Shown one piece after another: positions 9,680 to 19,426 of a stretch of 64,000 bases of DNA. The stretch's first letter is position 1; every line of letters starts with the position of its first letter. The notes under the pieces were generated by a model. That model searched no databases. It was not told the origin of the DNA and saw only the letters and a list, made by a program, of their open reading frames with translations. The stretch lies in IMG/VR virus record IMGVR_UViG_3300046167_000883, positions 1 through 64,000 of that record. One strand, 5' to 3'. A program made the position numbers and the translations under genes. Origin of the DNA: a virus.

Positions 9680-11355
9680 AGTTCAAATTGTGTTTCGTCT
9701 AATCCGTTATGATGATAATTATGAAATCGTTGAGTTCCATAGTGCGGTAAAAAAGCCATATCAAAAAACCCCTTATGATCGCCTTTACCTTCTAGGAAAT
9801 GTAAATTATCAATTTCTGGCGAATAAGGTAAGACTTTATGAACCGCTGGATGATCTTCAATATAATCAAAAAACTTGGGATTAGTGAAAACATAAATATC
9901 AAACTCGGGATACATCTTCTTCATATTATCCATTAGAGAATTTATCCACAAAACATCGCCAGCAGATTCAGGCATAACAACGGCGATTCGTTCACCGTCA
10001 TCAAGCAGATCTTCCAAATCAACCCCCTTATTCTCTTCTTTGTCCCAATCAAAATCATAATCAATTTCTGGCATTGCGTCTAAAATAGCTTCAAGTTTTT
10101 TACCAACCGCAACTGTTGAGTAATTTTCAATAGTCCACTGTCGGCCTCTCTTACCCATTTCGCGCCTCTTATTTGCATCCATTTGCAAAACTTTTTTTAG
10201 CTGCTTTGCAATGCTAGATGGATACGTTGAGGCTTTGATAAATTGGGTTCCTGGCTCTCTGTATTCAGACCAATCAAGAGGGAAGCTCCCAGATTCAAGG
10301 GTAGAAGAATCTTCGCCACAAGAATAGTTTGTGACTAAGGTGACAAGTTCTGTCATTTTAGCTTCAAAGATTGGGATTTCCATACCACCACTAGTAAACG
10401 GGTGGCAATAAACATCCATAAGATTGTAAATCTCATTTAACTGTTCTTCATTTACCCCAGCCTTTACGTTGGTGGTGTTTAATGATTTTTCTGTACCACA
10501 GAAGCGGCAGTTTTGTTCCTGACCAGTGAATGGCCGCACTTCATATTGGCTACAGGCAGAACAATAATATGTAGTAAGAATATCATCATTGTCTAAACCT
10601 TTTTCTTTAATTAATCTAGGAATATCCCAACCCTCAGACCAATGGGTGTGCAGAAGCAATTTTGCCTTTGGACAATCTTTTTTAAAAATTTTAAAACCCT
10701 CTAATAAATTTGGTACACTTTTGCGCAACTGATTTCTAAAAACAAAACCAATAATAAATTCATCTTCAAGACCAAATCTCTTTCTAAGCTTTTTGCGATC
10801 TAAATCACCAAGTCTATAAAAATCTTCTGTATCAACAGAACCATGGAGAGTGCCTACATGGTCGTGACCCATTTCTTTTAAGTCTCTTTCTGCGAAGGAA
10901 GACCAGCAATAAAAATTCTTTGTTTTCGGCGCAGCTTCTACAGCTTGTGGTAAGATTGGTTGACTATCCAAAGTAGTCCAAATCATATTATTGATTTTGT
11001 CCCACCAAGGTTTATCCCAATAGCCGCCAAAAGCCCAAATATCCTCAACGCCCAAGTAAATATCGGGCTTGTATTCTTTTATGGCTTGATCAATGCAAAG
11101 ACCACCATAACCAGCTTCACGGGCTTTTTGCTGATTCTGATTTAGTCCTTGAAGAATTGCTGGGTCGTTGGGCAATGAACCTTGAGCTTTCCAAGGTCTT
11201 AATTGGAGTGATGGATCTCCCCACTGGGTTCCATTGGCAAATTCAATAATTTCATACTTACCTTTTTTGTGTAGGTAGCGTAAAATATTTTTTGCGTTTT
11301 TACCAAAGCCAGTAAATGCCTTAGCCCCATTGGAATGGAACAGGATTTTCTTCAT
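9676..11355 (-). CDS. GT4 (GT-B) glycosyltransferase with Zn-ribbon insert and C-terminal GT9-like N-lobe
   Basis: TGFGKNAKNIL, RNQLRKS, YNLMDVYCHPFTSGGMEIPIFEA; CSAC...CRFC insert; C-terminal VVMPESAGDVLWINSL. Confidence 0.8.
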   Translation of the reverse strand: MKKILFHSNGAKAFTGFGKNAKNILRYLHKKGKYEIIEFANGTQWGDPSLQLRPWKAQGSLPNDPAILQGLNQNQQKAREAGYGGLCIDQAIKEYKPDIYLGVEDIWAFGGYWDKPWWDKINNMIWTTLDSQPILPQAVEAAPKTKNFYCWSSFAERDLKEMGHDHVGTLHGSVDTEDFYRLGDLDRKKLRKRFGLEDEFIIGFVFRNQLRKSVPNLLEGFKIFKKDCPKAKLLLHTHWSEGWDIPRLIKEKGLDNDDILTTYYCSACSQYEVRPFTGQEQNCRFCGTEKSLNTTNVKAGVNEEQLNEIYNLMDVYCHPFTSGGMEIPIFEAKMTELVTLVTNYSCGEDSSTLESGSFPLDWSEYREPGTQFIKASTYPSSIAKQLKKVLQMDANKRREMGKRGRQWTIENYSTVAVGKKLEAILDAMPEIDYDFDWDKEENKGVDLEDLLDDGERIAVVMPESAGDVLWINSLMDNMKKMYPEFDIYVFTNPKFFDYIEDHPAVHKVLPYSPEIDNLHFLEGKGDHKGFFDMAFLPHYGTQRFHNYHHNGLDETQFEL

Positions 11356-11816
11356 TAAAAATTAAAATATTTAAACAAAAATAAATCAAACAATGCCTTC
11401 AGGGTTCTAGCTTCTGAAAGCTCTACACCCATCCCGAACTTCATAGTTGAATTTTTAACAACACTAAAGGAGAAAGCTTTTTGGCCGTTTTTCTTCTGGT
11501 AGGGTTTGAAAGAGATTGTTGTCTTATCGTCGTTATAGCTGTGGTAAGCAGAAAACTCAGTATAATTTTCAATTGCATTTAACATTCCACCCACTTCGTT
11601 TTCATTCAACTTAAAGTAAATGTTTTTTTCTGGATTTTTTGCATTTGCGCTGAAAGATCCAGTTCTCTTTTTGTCGTTCCAAGACGCTTGTTTAATTGAT
11701 TGAACTAATAGGGTAGGCTTTTGTTTGTTGCCCTCCTTATCTGTCTCTATGATTTTAAAAGAGAAAGCACAACCAGAATTAGATGAATTGGGTTTGTAAA
11801 TATCGTATTGCTTCAT
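11355..11816 (-). CDS. Putative Whirly/PC4-like ssDNA-binding protein
   Basis: YDIYK, LLVQ, FKLNENEVGGML, FSAYH, FSFSV, ELSEARTL follow the Whirly pattern; ATG 11816 chosen because TATAAT lies 6 nt upstream. Confidence 0.4.
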   Translation of the reverse strand: MKQYDIYKPNSSNSGCAFSFKIIETDKEGNKQKPTLLVQSIKQASWNDKKRTGSFSANAKNPEKNIYFKLNENEVGGMLNAIENYTEFSAYHSYNDDKTTISFKPYQKKNGQKAFSFSVVKNSTMKFGMGVELSEARTLKALFDLFLFKYFNF

Positions 11817-11851
11817 TGTCGGATTATAATACAATATTTGCACAATTCCAT

Positions 11852-11882
11852 AAAAAAGGCGGTATTTCTACCGCCTTTTGTT
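11852..11882. terminator. Intrinsic terminator, bidirectional-looking
   Basis: AAAAGGCGGTA-loop-TACCGCCTTTT hairpin flanked by A/T runs. Confidence 0.75.
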
Positions 11883-12094
11883 TAGATCTTGGTGTCTCCC
11901 ATTGAAAACTTTTGAAGACTAGTCTTCGCAAACTTTCGGGTTTGTCGAGCGTTTCGATCACGAACCACTACATAACGTGGTGTTTCGCGCACGAACTGCG
12001 CATTGAGGGTTTCTCCTTGCCGAGTTGTTAGGCCGAAAAACCGACCCTTGCTCGCGCTGATTGCCTTTACTATACGATTTGTACGTTTATTCAT
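11882..12094 (-). CDS. Small basic hypothetical protein
   Basis: 70 aa ORF in operon context, followed by a terminator. Confidence 0.7.
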   Translation of the reverse strand: MNKRTNRIVKAISASKGRFFGLTTRQGETLNAQFVRETPRYVVVRDRNARQTRKFAKTSLQKFSMGDTKI

Positions 12095-12104
12095 ATTTTT
12101 TTTG

Positions 12105-13610
12105 TTAAAATCCTATTCTGCCAGATGATGGCACATTCTTACCTTCTTTGATATTTTCTTTTGAAGTATTTAATTTATCTGCAAATATATCGTATATGAG
12201 TTCCATGTCAACAGAAAAAACCTTATCTTTGAGATTTTCTCCCCATTTTTCGATGATTTTTGAATACTTCTCGTGAAATTTGTCATATTCTGCGCTTTCT
12301 TGAAACTCTTGATCGATAAGTTTTTCTTCCATATCTTTTGCCTTTTGTGGGCGAACGATATTAATCTTTTTTGTTTTGGCGCCAGATTCATCTAGAATGT
12401 CGAAAGCCTTGTCTGGAAATTTTTTATTTTCTAAATAAATTTCGCAAAGGTCTACTATTTTCTCCAGCACATCTTCTTTGTACTCAACTTGATGAAAATT
12501 TTCATAGGAGGTTTTGGCGACCTTAATTAAATCCAAAGTTTCTTGTTTTGTTGGTTCACGGACATCAATCTTTTCAAAGCGACGATTGAGTGCAGAATCT
12601 TTTTTGAAGAAGCGTTCGTATTCATCTTTGGTTGTAGCTCCAATGCAAGAAATGTTACCTCTAGAGAGTGCTGGCTTCATTATGTTAGCAAAATCCAAAC
12701 TGCCCTCAGAACTGCCGCCAGCGCCAACAATATTGTGAATCTCATCAATAAACAAGATATAATGATTTTCAGAAGCGAGATGCTCTAAAATACTTTTAAG
12801 TTTTTCTTCCATTTGGCCTCTGTATATAGTGCCAGCTAGTACAGAAGTTAAATCAAGAGAGAGGACTTTTTTATGAAGCAGAAGATCTGGACATTCTCTC
12901 TTTATAATTTTTTCTGCGACACCCTCCACGATTGCAGTTTTGCCCACGCCAGCTTCGCCAACCAAGATAACATTGCTTTTGTTTTTCTTTAATAAGACTT
13001 CAAAAATCCTCTCGATTTCAGAATCCCTACCGAAGATTTCGAACTCACCCTTAGCTGCTATTTTCTCATTTAGATTTTCGCACCAATCTGAAATTTGAGA
13101 ACCAACATCTTTGCCAGGCGCGGTTTGTGTTTGTTGCCCAGCGCCGACAGGAATTGAGTCCTTCGGTATGCCAGATTTGATAACGTCTTCTAGGTCTTTG
13201 TTTAGTTTCTCTATATCAACATCAAGTGAAGCTAAAAAGTCTGCAACCTCTATCCTTGTCAAAAGAATGGACAAAAAGATGTGATCGATTCCGATATATT
13301 CATCTTTAAATTTCTTAGCTTTTTCGGCAGCGAAATCCAAGATTTCTTTGATCTCTGGGGCAAAAATCTTTTTCTTTCTGCGATGCTCTTTATAATGAGC
13401 TAGAGCGTATTCAATGCTCTTCTTGAAGCCATCCTTTAACAGATCATTGGATATAAGAATATAATCTATATTATTGTGGTTGAATTCAAGGATAGACAGG
13501 AGTAAGTGCAAGTCTATGACCTTTAATTGTCCGAAGGATTCTGCTATAATTTGAGAGTCTTCAATTGCTTTTTTCGCTGATGGAGTTAGGTTAAATTCAG
13601 ATAGATCCAT
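12105..13610 (-). CDS. ClpA/ClpC-like ATPase with Clp-N domain and a single AAA+ module
   Basis: Clp-N repeats (EYIGIDHIFLSIL), IFGRDSEI, Walker A GEAGVGKT, Walker B LFIDEIH, KDSALNRRF, FPDKAFDILDE; no second AAA domain; ends GRIGF. Confidence 0.88.
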   Translation of the reverse strand: MDLSEFNLTPSAKKAIEDSQIIAESFGQLKVIDLHLLLSILEFNHNNIDYILISNDLLKDGFKKSIEYALAHYKEHRRKKKIFAPEIKEILDFAAEKAKKFKDEYIGIDHIFLSILLTRIEVADFLASLDVDIEKLNKDLEDVIKSGIPKDSIPVGAGQQTQTAPGKDVGSQISDWCENLNEKIAAKGEFEIFGRDSEIERIFEVLLKKNKSNVILVGEAGVGKTAIVEGVAEKIIKRECPDLLLHKKVLSLDLTSVLAGTIYRGQMEEKLKSILEHLASENHYILFIDEIHNIVGAGGSSEGSLDFANIMKPALSRGNISCIGATTKDEYERFFKKDSALNRRFEKIDVREPTKQETLDLIKVAKTSYENFHQVEYKEDVLEKIVDLCEIYLENKKFPDKAFDILDESGAKTKKINIVRPQKAKDMEEKLIDQEFQESAEYDKFHEKYSKIIEKWGENLKDKVFSVDMELIYDIFADKLNTSKENIKEGKNVPSSGRIGF

Positions 13611-16180
13611 TATTTTATTTCAGATAATTTTGTGTAGATTTTTTCATCAAGAATGGTGATTTTTTCGCCAAAGATTATATCCTCTCCTTTACTTCCATAA
13701 ATAAAGACGATTTGCTCTTCTTTTGGTTTTTTGCCACCATTGTTTAAGTAGTTATCTAAACTAGCTGATCTGCGATTGTTTGCAAGCATAAAATTAACTT
13801 TTCCGAAATCATCTTGAATTTCTACCCGCATGTATTTGTTACCAGCACGACTTGTTCTGGATATGCAGTCTGTAACAACGCCAACGAACTTCACACGATC
13901 ATTATCTGGGACGGATTTCAACTGCAAGCTGTTATACATATCTCCACAGTTTTCAAAAACATTTTTGATTTGTGTAGAGTGACTATAGCCGAGATACTTA
14001 CGCTCAAAAAACCAATTTGCAAATTTTAAATGATTTTTATTTTTGTCGTAAATTTTTCTATAGGAAGAGTATTTCTTTTTGAAGGTTTCAAAACGCGACT
14101 GCTTCATAATCGGCTTACCATCGTCGGCAATTAAATTGTCCTTAATCGCAGAGTGAATAGTGTTTAAAACATCGTAGTTTTGTTTTTCGCCGAGTTGTAT
14201 AACGTTACGTTTCTCTCTTTCAGTTAGAATGTTAAATGCTTGAGATTCTAAAACAAGACGGCAGCGATTAGGTATGTCACCAATTGATTCACAGAAGGAA
14301 TCCATCATGCCTCCTTGTATCAATCCAGACAATACACCTATGTTTAGACCGCACTGTTTGGATGTAAGGAATATGTCGTACTTGTTTTGATTATTCTCTT
14401 GAGCTTTTCTGAAGTCAACAAGGCTCTCCAGTGTTTTCTCCGATACTCCCTTGATACTATTAACGCCAAATCTAATGTTGCGACCCTCAATGTTGAAGTT
14501 AATGTCGGACTTCGATAGATCAGGCGGCAATAACTTCATGTTAAACAAACATAATTCTTGATTTATTAAAGCGATTTCAGCGTGAGAATCTGGCTCGTGC
14601 TTAGTCATTTTAAGCAAACTCAAAAAGAATTCTTGAGGATGTTTGAACTTTAGGTAAGTGGTGATAGCCGCGAGAATTGCATAACTAATCGAGTGTGATT
14701 TATTAAAAGAATAGTTAGCAGAATCCTCCGCGACTTTCCAAAGAACATCTCCGACTTCTTTATCTAAGTTGTTCTCTTCAACTTTTTGTTCAATCTTCGC
14801 TCTCCATGCTGGCATTTGGTCGACTTTTTTCTTACCAACGATTCGTCTTAATTGTTCTGACTCATCAAGTGTGAAGCCGACCTTAACGGCCATTTTCATT
14901 AACTGCTCTTGGTAAAGTGGAATCCCACCAGTATAAGAGAGGATATCGTCAAAGAATTCATTAACAGACTGGAATTGACCACTGCTGGTATAATCAGCGT
15001 ACACATCCAAATAGTCAAGTGCGCCAGGGCGAGCAATCGCAACGACAGCAGAAAGGTCTTCCAGACTTCTGGGAGCAACTTTCTTACATACTTTGAAGTT
15101 TGTGTCCGCTTCGATTTGGAAGAGGCCTTTCGGCGCTTCAATGTTTTTGAAGTTTTCATATATTTCTGGAAGCTCAACATCTATATCTTCTATGTTAATC
15201 CCTAATTGTTGACAGGTATCATGTACAACAGAAAGGGTACGAAGACCAAGAATATCAAACTTAACCATCAAGGATGCTACGTCGTTCATGTCGTAAGCAG
15301 AAATAAGATGGCCATCGTTTGTCTTTTGCATCGGCATAATTTCTTCAATATTATAGAAACTAATAGCAATGCCAGATGGGTGAACTCCTGTATTTTTATT
15401 TAATCCTTCTAATTTTTTTGCAATTTTATATATTTTTTGGTTTTTGTCCGCAAATTCTTTGAATTTATCGCTCTCCTCATAAGCTTTATCAAGCTTAAAA
15501 ACTTTACCAAACTGCTTCGGAATGTGGTTGCTTATAACATTTACTTCGTCCTCCGAAAGCTCGCCAACAATTTTGCCACACTCTTTTACACAGAGTTTAC
15601 TGCTTAGAGTGTTAAGTGTCAGAATCTTACAAGTCCTACCCTTGTGTTTACGCTCAATGTATTCAATAACTTCTTGGCGTCGGTCGTATGAAATATCGTT
15701 ATCGACATCAGCTAGTAGCGACCCGTCAAGATATGTAATGCCATCAACAACTGTTTTCTTGGCACGGCTTTTAGATACAAATCTCTCAAAGAATAGATCA
15801 TATTTGATTGGGTCTACATTTGTGACCTTTAATAGATATAATACAAGTGAACCAGCGGCAGAGCCACGTCCTGGACCAGTAGGAATCTCGTTATAGTGGC
15901 AAAAGTTTAAAATGTCCCAATTTAGTAGTATGTAATCAATAAAACCAAGCTCCTTTAGGACTGAAAGCTCCATTTTTACACGATCATAGTATTCTTGCTT
16001 ATTTTCTAGTTTATCTATGCCGCGTTGCTTTACCCCTCTTAGGCATAAAGCTCTCAAAAGGTCATAATTGGAAGATTTTGGATCTAAGTCTAACTGATAG
16101 TATACACGTCTATCTACCTCAATCTCTGGCAATCTAACGCCAACTGGCATTGGCTGTTCATAGTTTTTCAATTTTAACAT
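13610..16180 (-). CDS. dnaE: DNA polymerase III alpha subunit catalytic core (lacks PHP domain)
   Basis: GPGRGSAAGSL, FFERF, DVDND, HPSG, KFDILGL, YQEQLM, YSFNKSHS and a C-terminal OB fold. Confidence 0.95.
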   Translation of the reverse strand: MLKLKNYEQPMPVGVRLPEIEVDRRVYYQLDLDPKSSNYDLLRALCLRGVKQRGIDKLENKQEYYDRVKMELSVLKELGFIDYILLNWDILNFCHYNEIPTGPGRGSAAGSLVLYLLKVTNVDPIKYDLFFERFVSKSRAKKTVVDGITYLDGSLLADVDNDISYDRRQEVIEYIERKHKGRTCKILTLNTLSSKLCVKECGKIVGELSEDEVNVISNHIPKQFGKVFKLDKAYEESDKFKEFADKNQKIYKIAKKLEGLNKNTGVHPSGIAISFYNIEEIMPMQKTNDGHLISAYDMNDVASLMVKFDILGLRTLSVVHDTCQQLGINIEDIDVELPEIYENFKNIEAPKGLFQIEADTNFKVCKKVAPRSLEDLSAVVAIARPGALDYLDVYADYTSSGQFQSVNEFFDDILSYTGGIPLYQEQLMKMAVKVGFTLDESEQLRRIVGKKKVDQMPAWRAKIEQKVEENNLDKEVGDVLWKVAEDSANYSFNKSHSISYAILAAITTYLKFKHPQEFFLSLLKMTKHEPDSHAEIALINQELCLFNMKLLPPDLSKSDINFNIEGRNIRFGVNSIKGVSEKTLESLVDFRKAQENNQNKYDIFLTSKQCGLNIGVLSGLIQGGMMDSFCESIGDIPNRCRLVLESQAFNILTEREKRNVIQLGEKQNYDVLNTIHSAIKDNLIADDGKPIMKQSRFETFKKKYSSYRKIYDKNKNHLKFANWFFERKYLGYSHSTQIKNVFENCGDMYNSLQLKSVPDNDRVKFVGVVTDCISRTSRAGNKYMRVEIQDDFGKVNFMLANNRRSASLDNYLNNGGKKPKEEQIVFIYGSKGEDIIFGEKITILDEKIYTKLSEIK

Positions 16181-16186
16181 ACCTGT

Positions 16187-16214
16187 ATTGTAGGCATGTT
16201 TTTGAATAATGCAA
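16187..16214 (-). promoter_or_regulatory. Sigma70-type promoter 6 nt upstream of the dnaE ATG
   Basis: TTGCAT-N16-TACAAT-N6-ATG. Confidence 0.55.
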
Positions 16215-16215
16215 G

Positions 16216-16860
16216 CTAAAAATACTTACTTAGGGGAACAAAAGTCTTCAAAAAGAATCTGATAAATTTCTTACTCTTGGGGTATTTTATGCGCATTTTG
16301 GTGGCAAACCTTGTAATTGGCGCTGCGTAAATTTTAAAATAAATTTTAATAAATCTATTAGACATTAATTTCTCGCGCAATGTAATCTTATTTAAAAGAT
16401 TTTCTATAAAATCTCTTTGAATCTGCTTTCTCTCTGCGTTGTCTGATGTCCGACAATCTACACAGGTGGTTTTTTCAAGGATTCCGTCTTTAAAAGAAAG
16501 TTCAAACTCGACAAACCAATCTTGGTCTAGAAAATCAATATAAATATCTGGAATAATGGTGATTTTGCCACTAAAGTTTTCATCCATCCAGTATTCGCCT
16601 TTTCGGATGGCTTCGACAGCCATTTTAATTGGTCTGTCGTCAGGATTTACATATTGATACTCTTCGAAGTGTTGGGATTTTAAATAACCTTCGACGGATA
16701 CAAGATAATTCATCATAAAATTATCCAAACTTTTAGTTTGAAACCTGTTGTTGTCTTTTATGAGGACAATAACTTGAGAAGGCGCTTTGTTTTTGCCCCA
16801 ATCGATATTTTGGGCAAACTTTTCAGAGCTTTCAAATGTCAGTGTATCAAATAATCCCAT
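16216..16860 (-). CDS. Hypothetical phage protein
   Basis: MGLFD...FQTKSLD pattern common in phages; preceded by a GTGTAA element. Confidence 0.7.
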   Translation of the reverse strand: MGLFDTLTFESSEKFAQNIDWGKNKAPSQVIVLIKDNNRFQTKSLDNFMMNYLVSVEGYLKSQHFEEYQYVNPDDRPIKMAVEAIRKGEYWMDENFSGKITIIPDIYIDFLDQDWFVEFELSFKDGILEKTTCVDCRTSDNAERKQIQRDFIENLLNKITLREKLMSNRFIKIYFKIYAAPITRFATKMRIKYPKSKKFIRFFLKTFVPLSKYF

Positions 16861-16868
16861 ACAAGGTA

Positions 16869-16874
16869 TTACAC
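16869..16874 (-). promoter_or_regulatory. GTGTAA element 8 nt upstream of ATG 16860
   Basis: Recurring motif. Confidence 0.55.
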
Positions 16875-17506
16875 TATATATCTAACTCCCAGAGTTGTTT
16901 TTGAAAAATTTCAAAATTCTTTTCAATATCATAAAGAGCGTCGTGTAATTTAGTCTCATTGAAATCTATCTCATAATGTTGCAGTAAGAACTTCTGATTG
17001 GTCTTTAAGCCCCTTTCTCTATAATGTAACCATTTTATCTGCCAACCAATAAAATCATCCTTATCGGGCGTTTTGTTACCTTTGGCGAGGGCTGTGGCGA
17101 TAGCCTTTGTGTCGAAACAGTTATTAATAAAGGAATAATCCATTATAATGTTTAAGTTTCTGGCAATAACGCCAAGTATATATAGGTCATATCCAAGGAT
17201 GTTTTGACCAACAACAATGACGTCATCCTGACTAATTAGATTCATAAACTCTTTGAATACCACCGCTGGGTCTTCAGCTTTGGATTCATAGTCTTTTTTA
17301 TCGAAACCAGTAACCTTAGCGGCGTCTTCAGATACGTTAAGATTGTCCCACTTTAGGAATCTGTTTTGTTTTTTTGTAATTTTTTTACCAGTTGCCTCAA
17401 TCCAAGCGAGTTGCCAAGGTTTTGAGGATACGAGATTAAGGCCTTCGGTTTCTGTATCGAAGATGACGTATTTTTGGTCAAATTTAAATCTAAGTAGGTC
17501 TTCCAT
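16874..17506 (-). CDS. DEDDh 3'-5' exonuclease (DnaQ/epsilon-like)
   Basis: FDTETEG, GQNILGYD, FDT and HDALYD motifs. Confidence 0.88.
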   Translation of the reverse strand: MEDLLRFKFDQKYVIFDTETEGLNLVSSKPWQLAWIEATGKKITKKQNRFLKWDNLNVSEDAAKVTGFDKKDYESKAEDPAVVFKEFMNLISQDDVIVVGQNILGYDLYILGVIARNLNIIMDYSFINNCFDTKAIATALAKGNKTPDKDDFIGWQIKWLHYRERGLKTNQKFLLQHYEIDFNETKLHDALYDIEKNFEIFQKQLWELDI

Positions 17507-17691
17507 TATTTATTTAGTTCATCAATGTAAAATGCAACGTTTTCCGCAGTTCCTTTAGAGACCCCTTCAGAGATTCCAAATGTCATAGTGAAGTTATAAT
17601 TCTTGTTGTTTGCAATGACCGTAATTGGGGCATCCATATTATAATCTAATAATATAGTGATTAATTCTTTAACCGTAAGGCTTTGTTCCAT
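17506..17691 (-). CDS. Small hypothetical protein
   Basis: LTVKELITIL start common in small phage ORFs; tightly packed between neighbours. Confidence 0.65.
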   Translation of the reverse strand: MEQSLTVKELITILLDYNMDAPITVIANNKNYNFTMTFGISEGVSKGTAENVAFYIDELNK

Positions 17692-17693
17692 AA

Positions 17694-18386
17694 TTATTTA
17701 TCCTCCTTCCAAGCTTCTAAGCAAAAACGATCACTGCCAAAATGGTCAAGTCGTGGATTAGATAGACTGGCTTGTCGGCCAGGCTGACGATTACAAATAC
17801 ACTTGTATGTTTGAAACGCTTCAACATCTTCTTTGTTTTCATAATAAATTGATTTTACTACTTGCATATTCAAATCTGTGCAAAAATGAGAACTGTTAAT
17901 AACATAGTCAGCGACTCTTTCTTCAAGGATGGCGTCAAACGGCAGATTATTTCTTTCAACAAAGAAAATTAATTCGTTTGGCAGATTTGGATTGCAGTTA
18001 CTGAAACCAACAAAATTCTTATGCAAGAATGAGTCGTAAAAAGGAACTGCGAACTTTAGGTTGTTATAGTCATGCCAAGGTGTTTTTAATTTTTCGTCAA
18101 AACTCCTTGTGTACAGATCGTACAATTCTCTACAACCTTCGTCGCCATCTGCAAACACAATCATTTTACTTTCAGATTCGTCTGACTCATCGTCATTATA
18201 GATAGAGAAACGGTAGCCAAAGCGAAGCTTTTCACCAAACGTGCGGAAAGCTTCTGGGAAGCCAACCATTGTATCTTCGACAAGGTAAATCTCATCAAAT
18301 TCATTCTCATCAGCAATACGTTTAACGTCTTCGATGCGAAGTATACTTCTACCTATGGAAGCGTGAGTCTTGAATAACGGTATCAT
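17694..18386 (-). CDS. Stand-alone PHP domain of DNA polymerase III alpha
   Basis: PLFKTHASIGRSILRIEDV...LVEDTMVGF...RFGYRF...GCRELYDL...SIYY...DVEAF matches a degenerate DnaE N-terminal PHP domain. Confidence 0.7.
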   Translation of the reverse strand: MIPLFKTHASIGRSILRIEDVKRIADENEFDEIYLVEDTMVGFPEAFRTFGEKLRFGYRFSIYNDDESDESESKMIVFADGDEGCRELYDLYTRSFDEKLKTPWHDYNNLKFAVPFYDSFLHKNFVGFSNCNPNLPNELIFFVERNNLPFDAILEERVADYVINSSHFCTDLNMQVVKSIYYENKEDVEAFQTYKCICNRQPGRQASLSNPRLDHFGSDRFCLEAWKEDK

Positions 18387-18393
18387 GCAAGAC

Positions 18394-18421
18394 ATTATGC
18401 ACTAAACGATTACTTTGTCAA
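18394..18421 (-). promoter_or_regulatory. Sigma70-type promoter 7 nt upstream of ATG 18386
   Basis: TTGACA-N16-CATAAT-N7-ATG. Confidence 0.6.
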
Positions 18422-19426
18422 GTGTTTTGGACAGCCTTCGTAATATTTTACTTCGTGCGAACCGCCTTCTGGAACCATACTTTTGTCAAAGTCGTCTTGA
18501 AAGCAAGATGAATGGAATTCGCCGTTTTCGTCCAAAATAGTTACATAGAAGAAATCAAACTTATAAGGGCAGTGCCACATTAATGTTCCATCTTTTTTGA
18601 GTTGCCCTTTTTCTTTAGCGAAGCCGCATTGAAGCTTACCACCAAAAGAGCCGTCTTCTGGAAAACCTTTATCTATGGCGAAGTTTGATACAGCATCCTT
18701 CTCATCAAAATGCTCCAAATAGTCTTGAATTGATGCTAGTTGCATTTCAAAGCCTTCCAAGTCATCATCATCAATTGGATTCATCTTCATTAAGCCATTC
18801 TTGTTTAGGTCAAACTTTAAAAACAAAAATTCAGAGCTTCTATTCACATATTCTGGGAAAAGGTTTTTTACAGCCAAACAATACATGTAATCCTGTAAAT
18901 TGTCTTCCTTTTCCTTCCCCTCAAACATTTTCTTTGAGGTTTTGTAGTCGCGAATAATTGCGATCTTTTTTTCTTTGTATAGAAATAACTGGTCGATAAA
19001 GCCGCGAATGTGATAACCGTTTTGTTCTATGTTGAAATCTAACTCGGCATAAGATTCGTCTGGAATGCCCAACTCTTCTCCATGAAAGTTGCAGCTAAGA
19101 CCGTTGAGAATCATCTCCTTAATCATGTTCATATTTTCGTCATCGGTGACACCCAATTCAGAAGCATCGGACATAATTAAATCTTTAACAGCTTTGGACG
19201 CAAAGGGATCTTGGGCTTTGATGACTTTATTGAAGTGCGTTTTTGTTTTTTGTTTGGATAAAAATTCAAACACATTATGACACACTGTTCCTCGTCTAGC
19301 GCCATCATTGTTTGTGTCTGGAAGCTTTTGCTTATACTTGTTCCAATATATCCAACTACAAGATTGCGCGGTCTTGATTCTACTGGCACTCAATGCCACC
19401 TCAAATTCTGATTCTTTTTTATCCAT
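18410..19426 (-). CDS. PD-(D/E)XK nuclease (RecB/Cas4-like exonuclease)
   Basis: LSASRIK, RGTVCHNVFE, RGFIDQL, IRDYKTSK, LQDYMY and conserved Cys residues. Confidence 0.82.
   Translation of the reverse strand: MDKKESEFEVALSASRIKTAQSCSWIYWNKYKQKLPDTNNDGARRGTVCHNVFEFLSKQKTKTHFNKVIKAQDPFASKAVKDLIMSDASELGVTDDENMNMIKEMILNGLSCNFHGEELGIPDESYAELDFNIEQNGYHIRGFIDQLFLYKEKKIAIIRDYKTSKKMFEGKEKEDNLQDYMYCLAVKNLFPEYVNRSSEFLFLKFDLNKNGLMKMNPIDDDDLEGFEMQLASIQDYLEHFDEKDAVSNFAIDKGFPEDGSFGGKLQCGFAKEKGQLKKDGTLMWHCPYKFDFFYVTILDENGEFHSSCFQDDFDKSMVPEGGSHEVKYYEGCPKHLTK

Noticed and set aside
18410-19426. CRISPR-Cas locus suggested by the Cas4-like nuclease
   Set aside because: No repeat-spacer array or other cas genes seen; the context is phage replication/recombination
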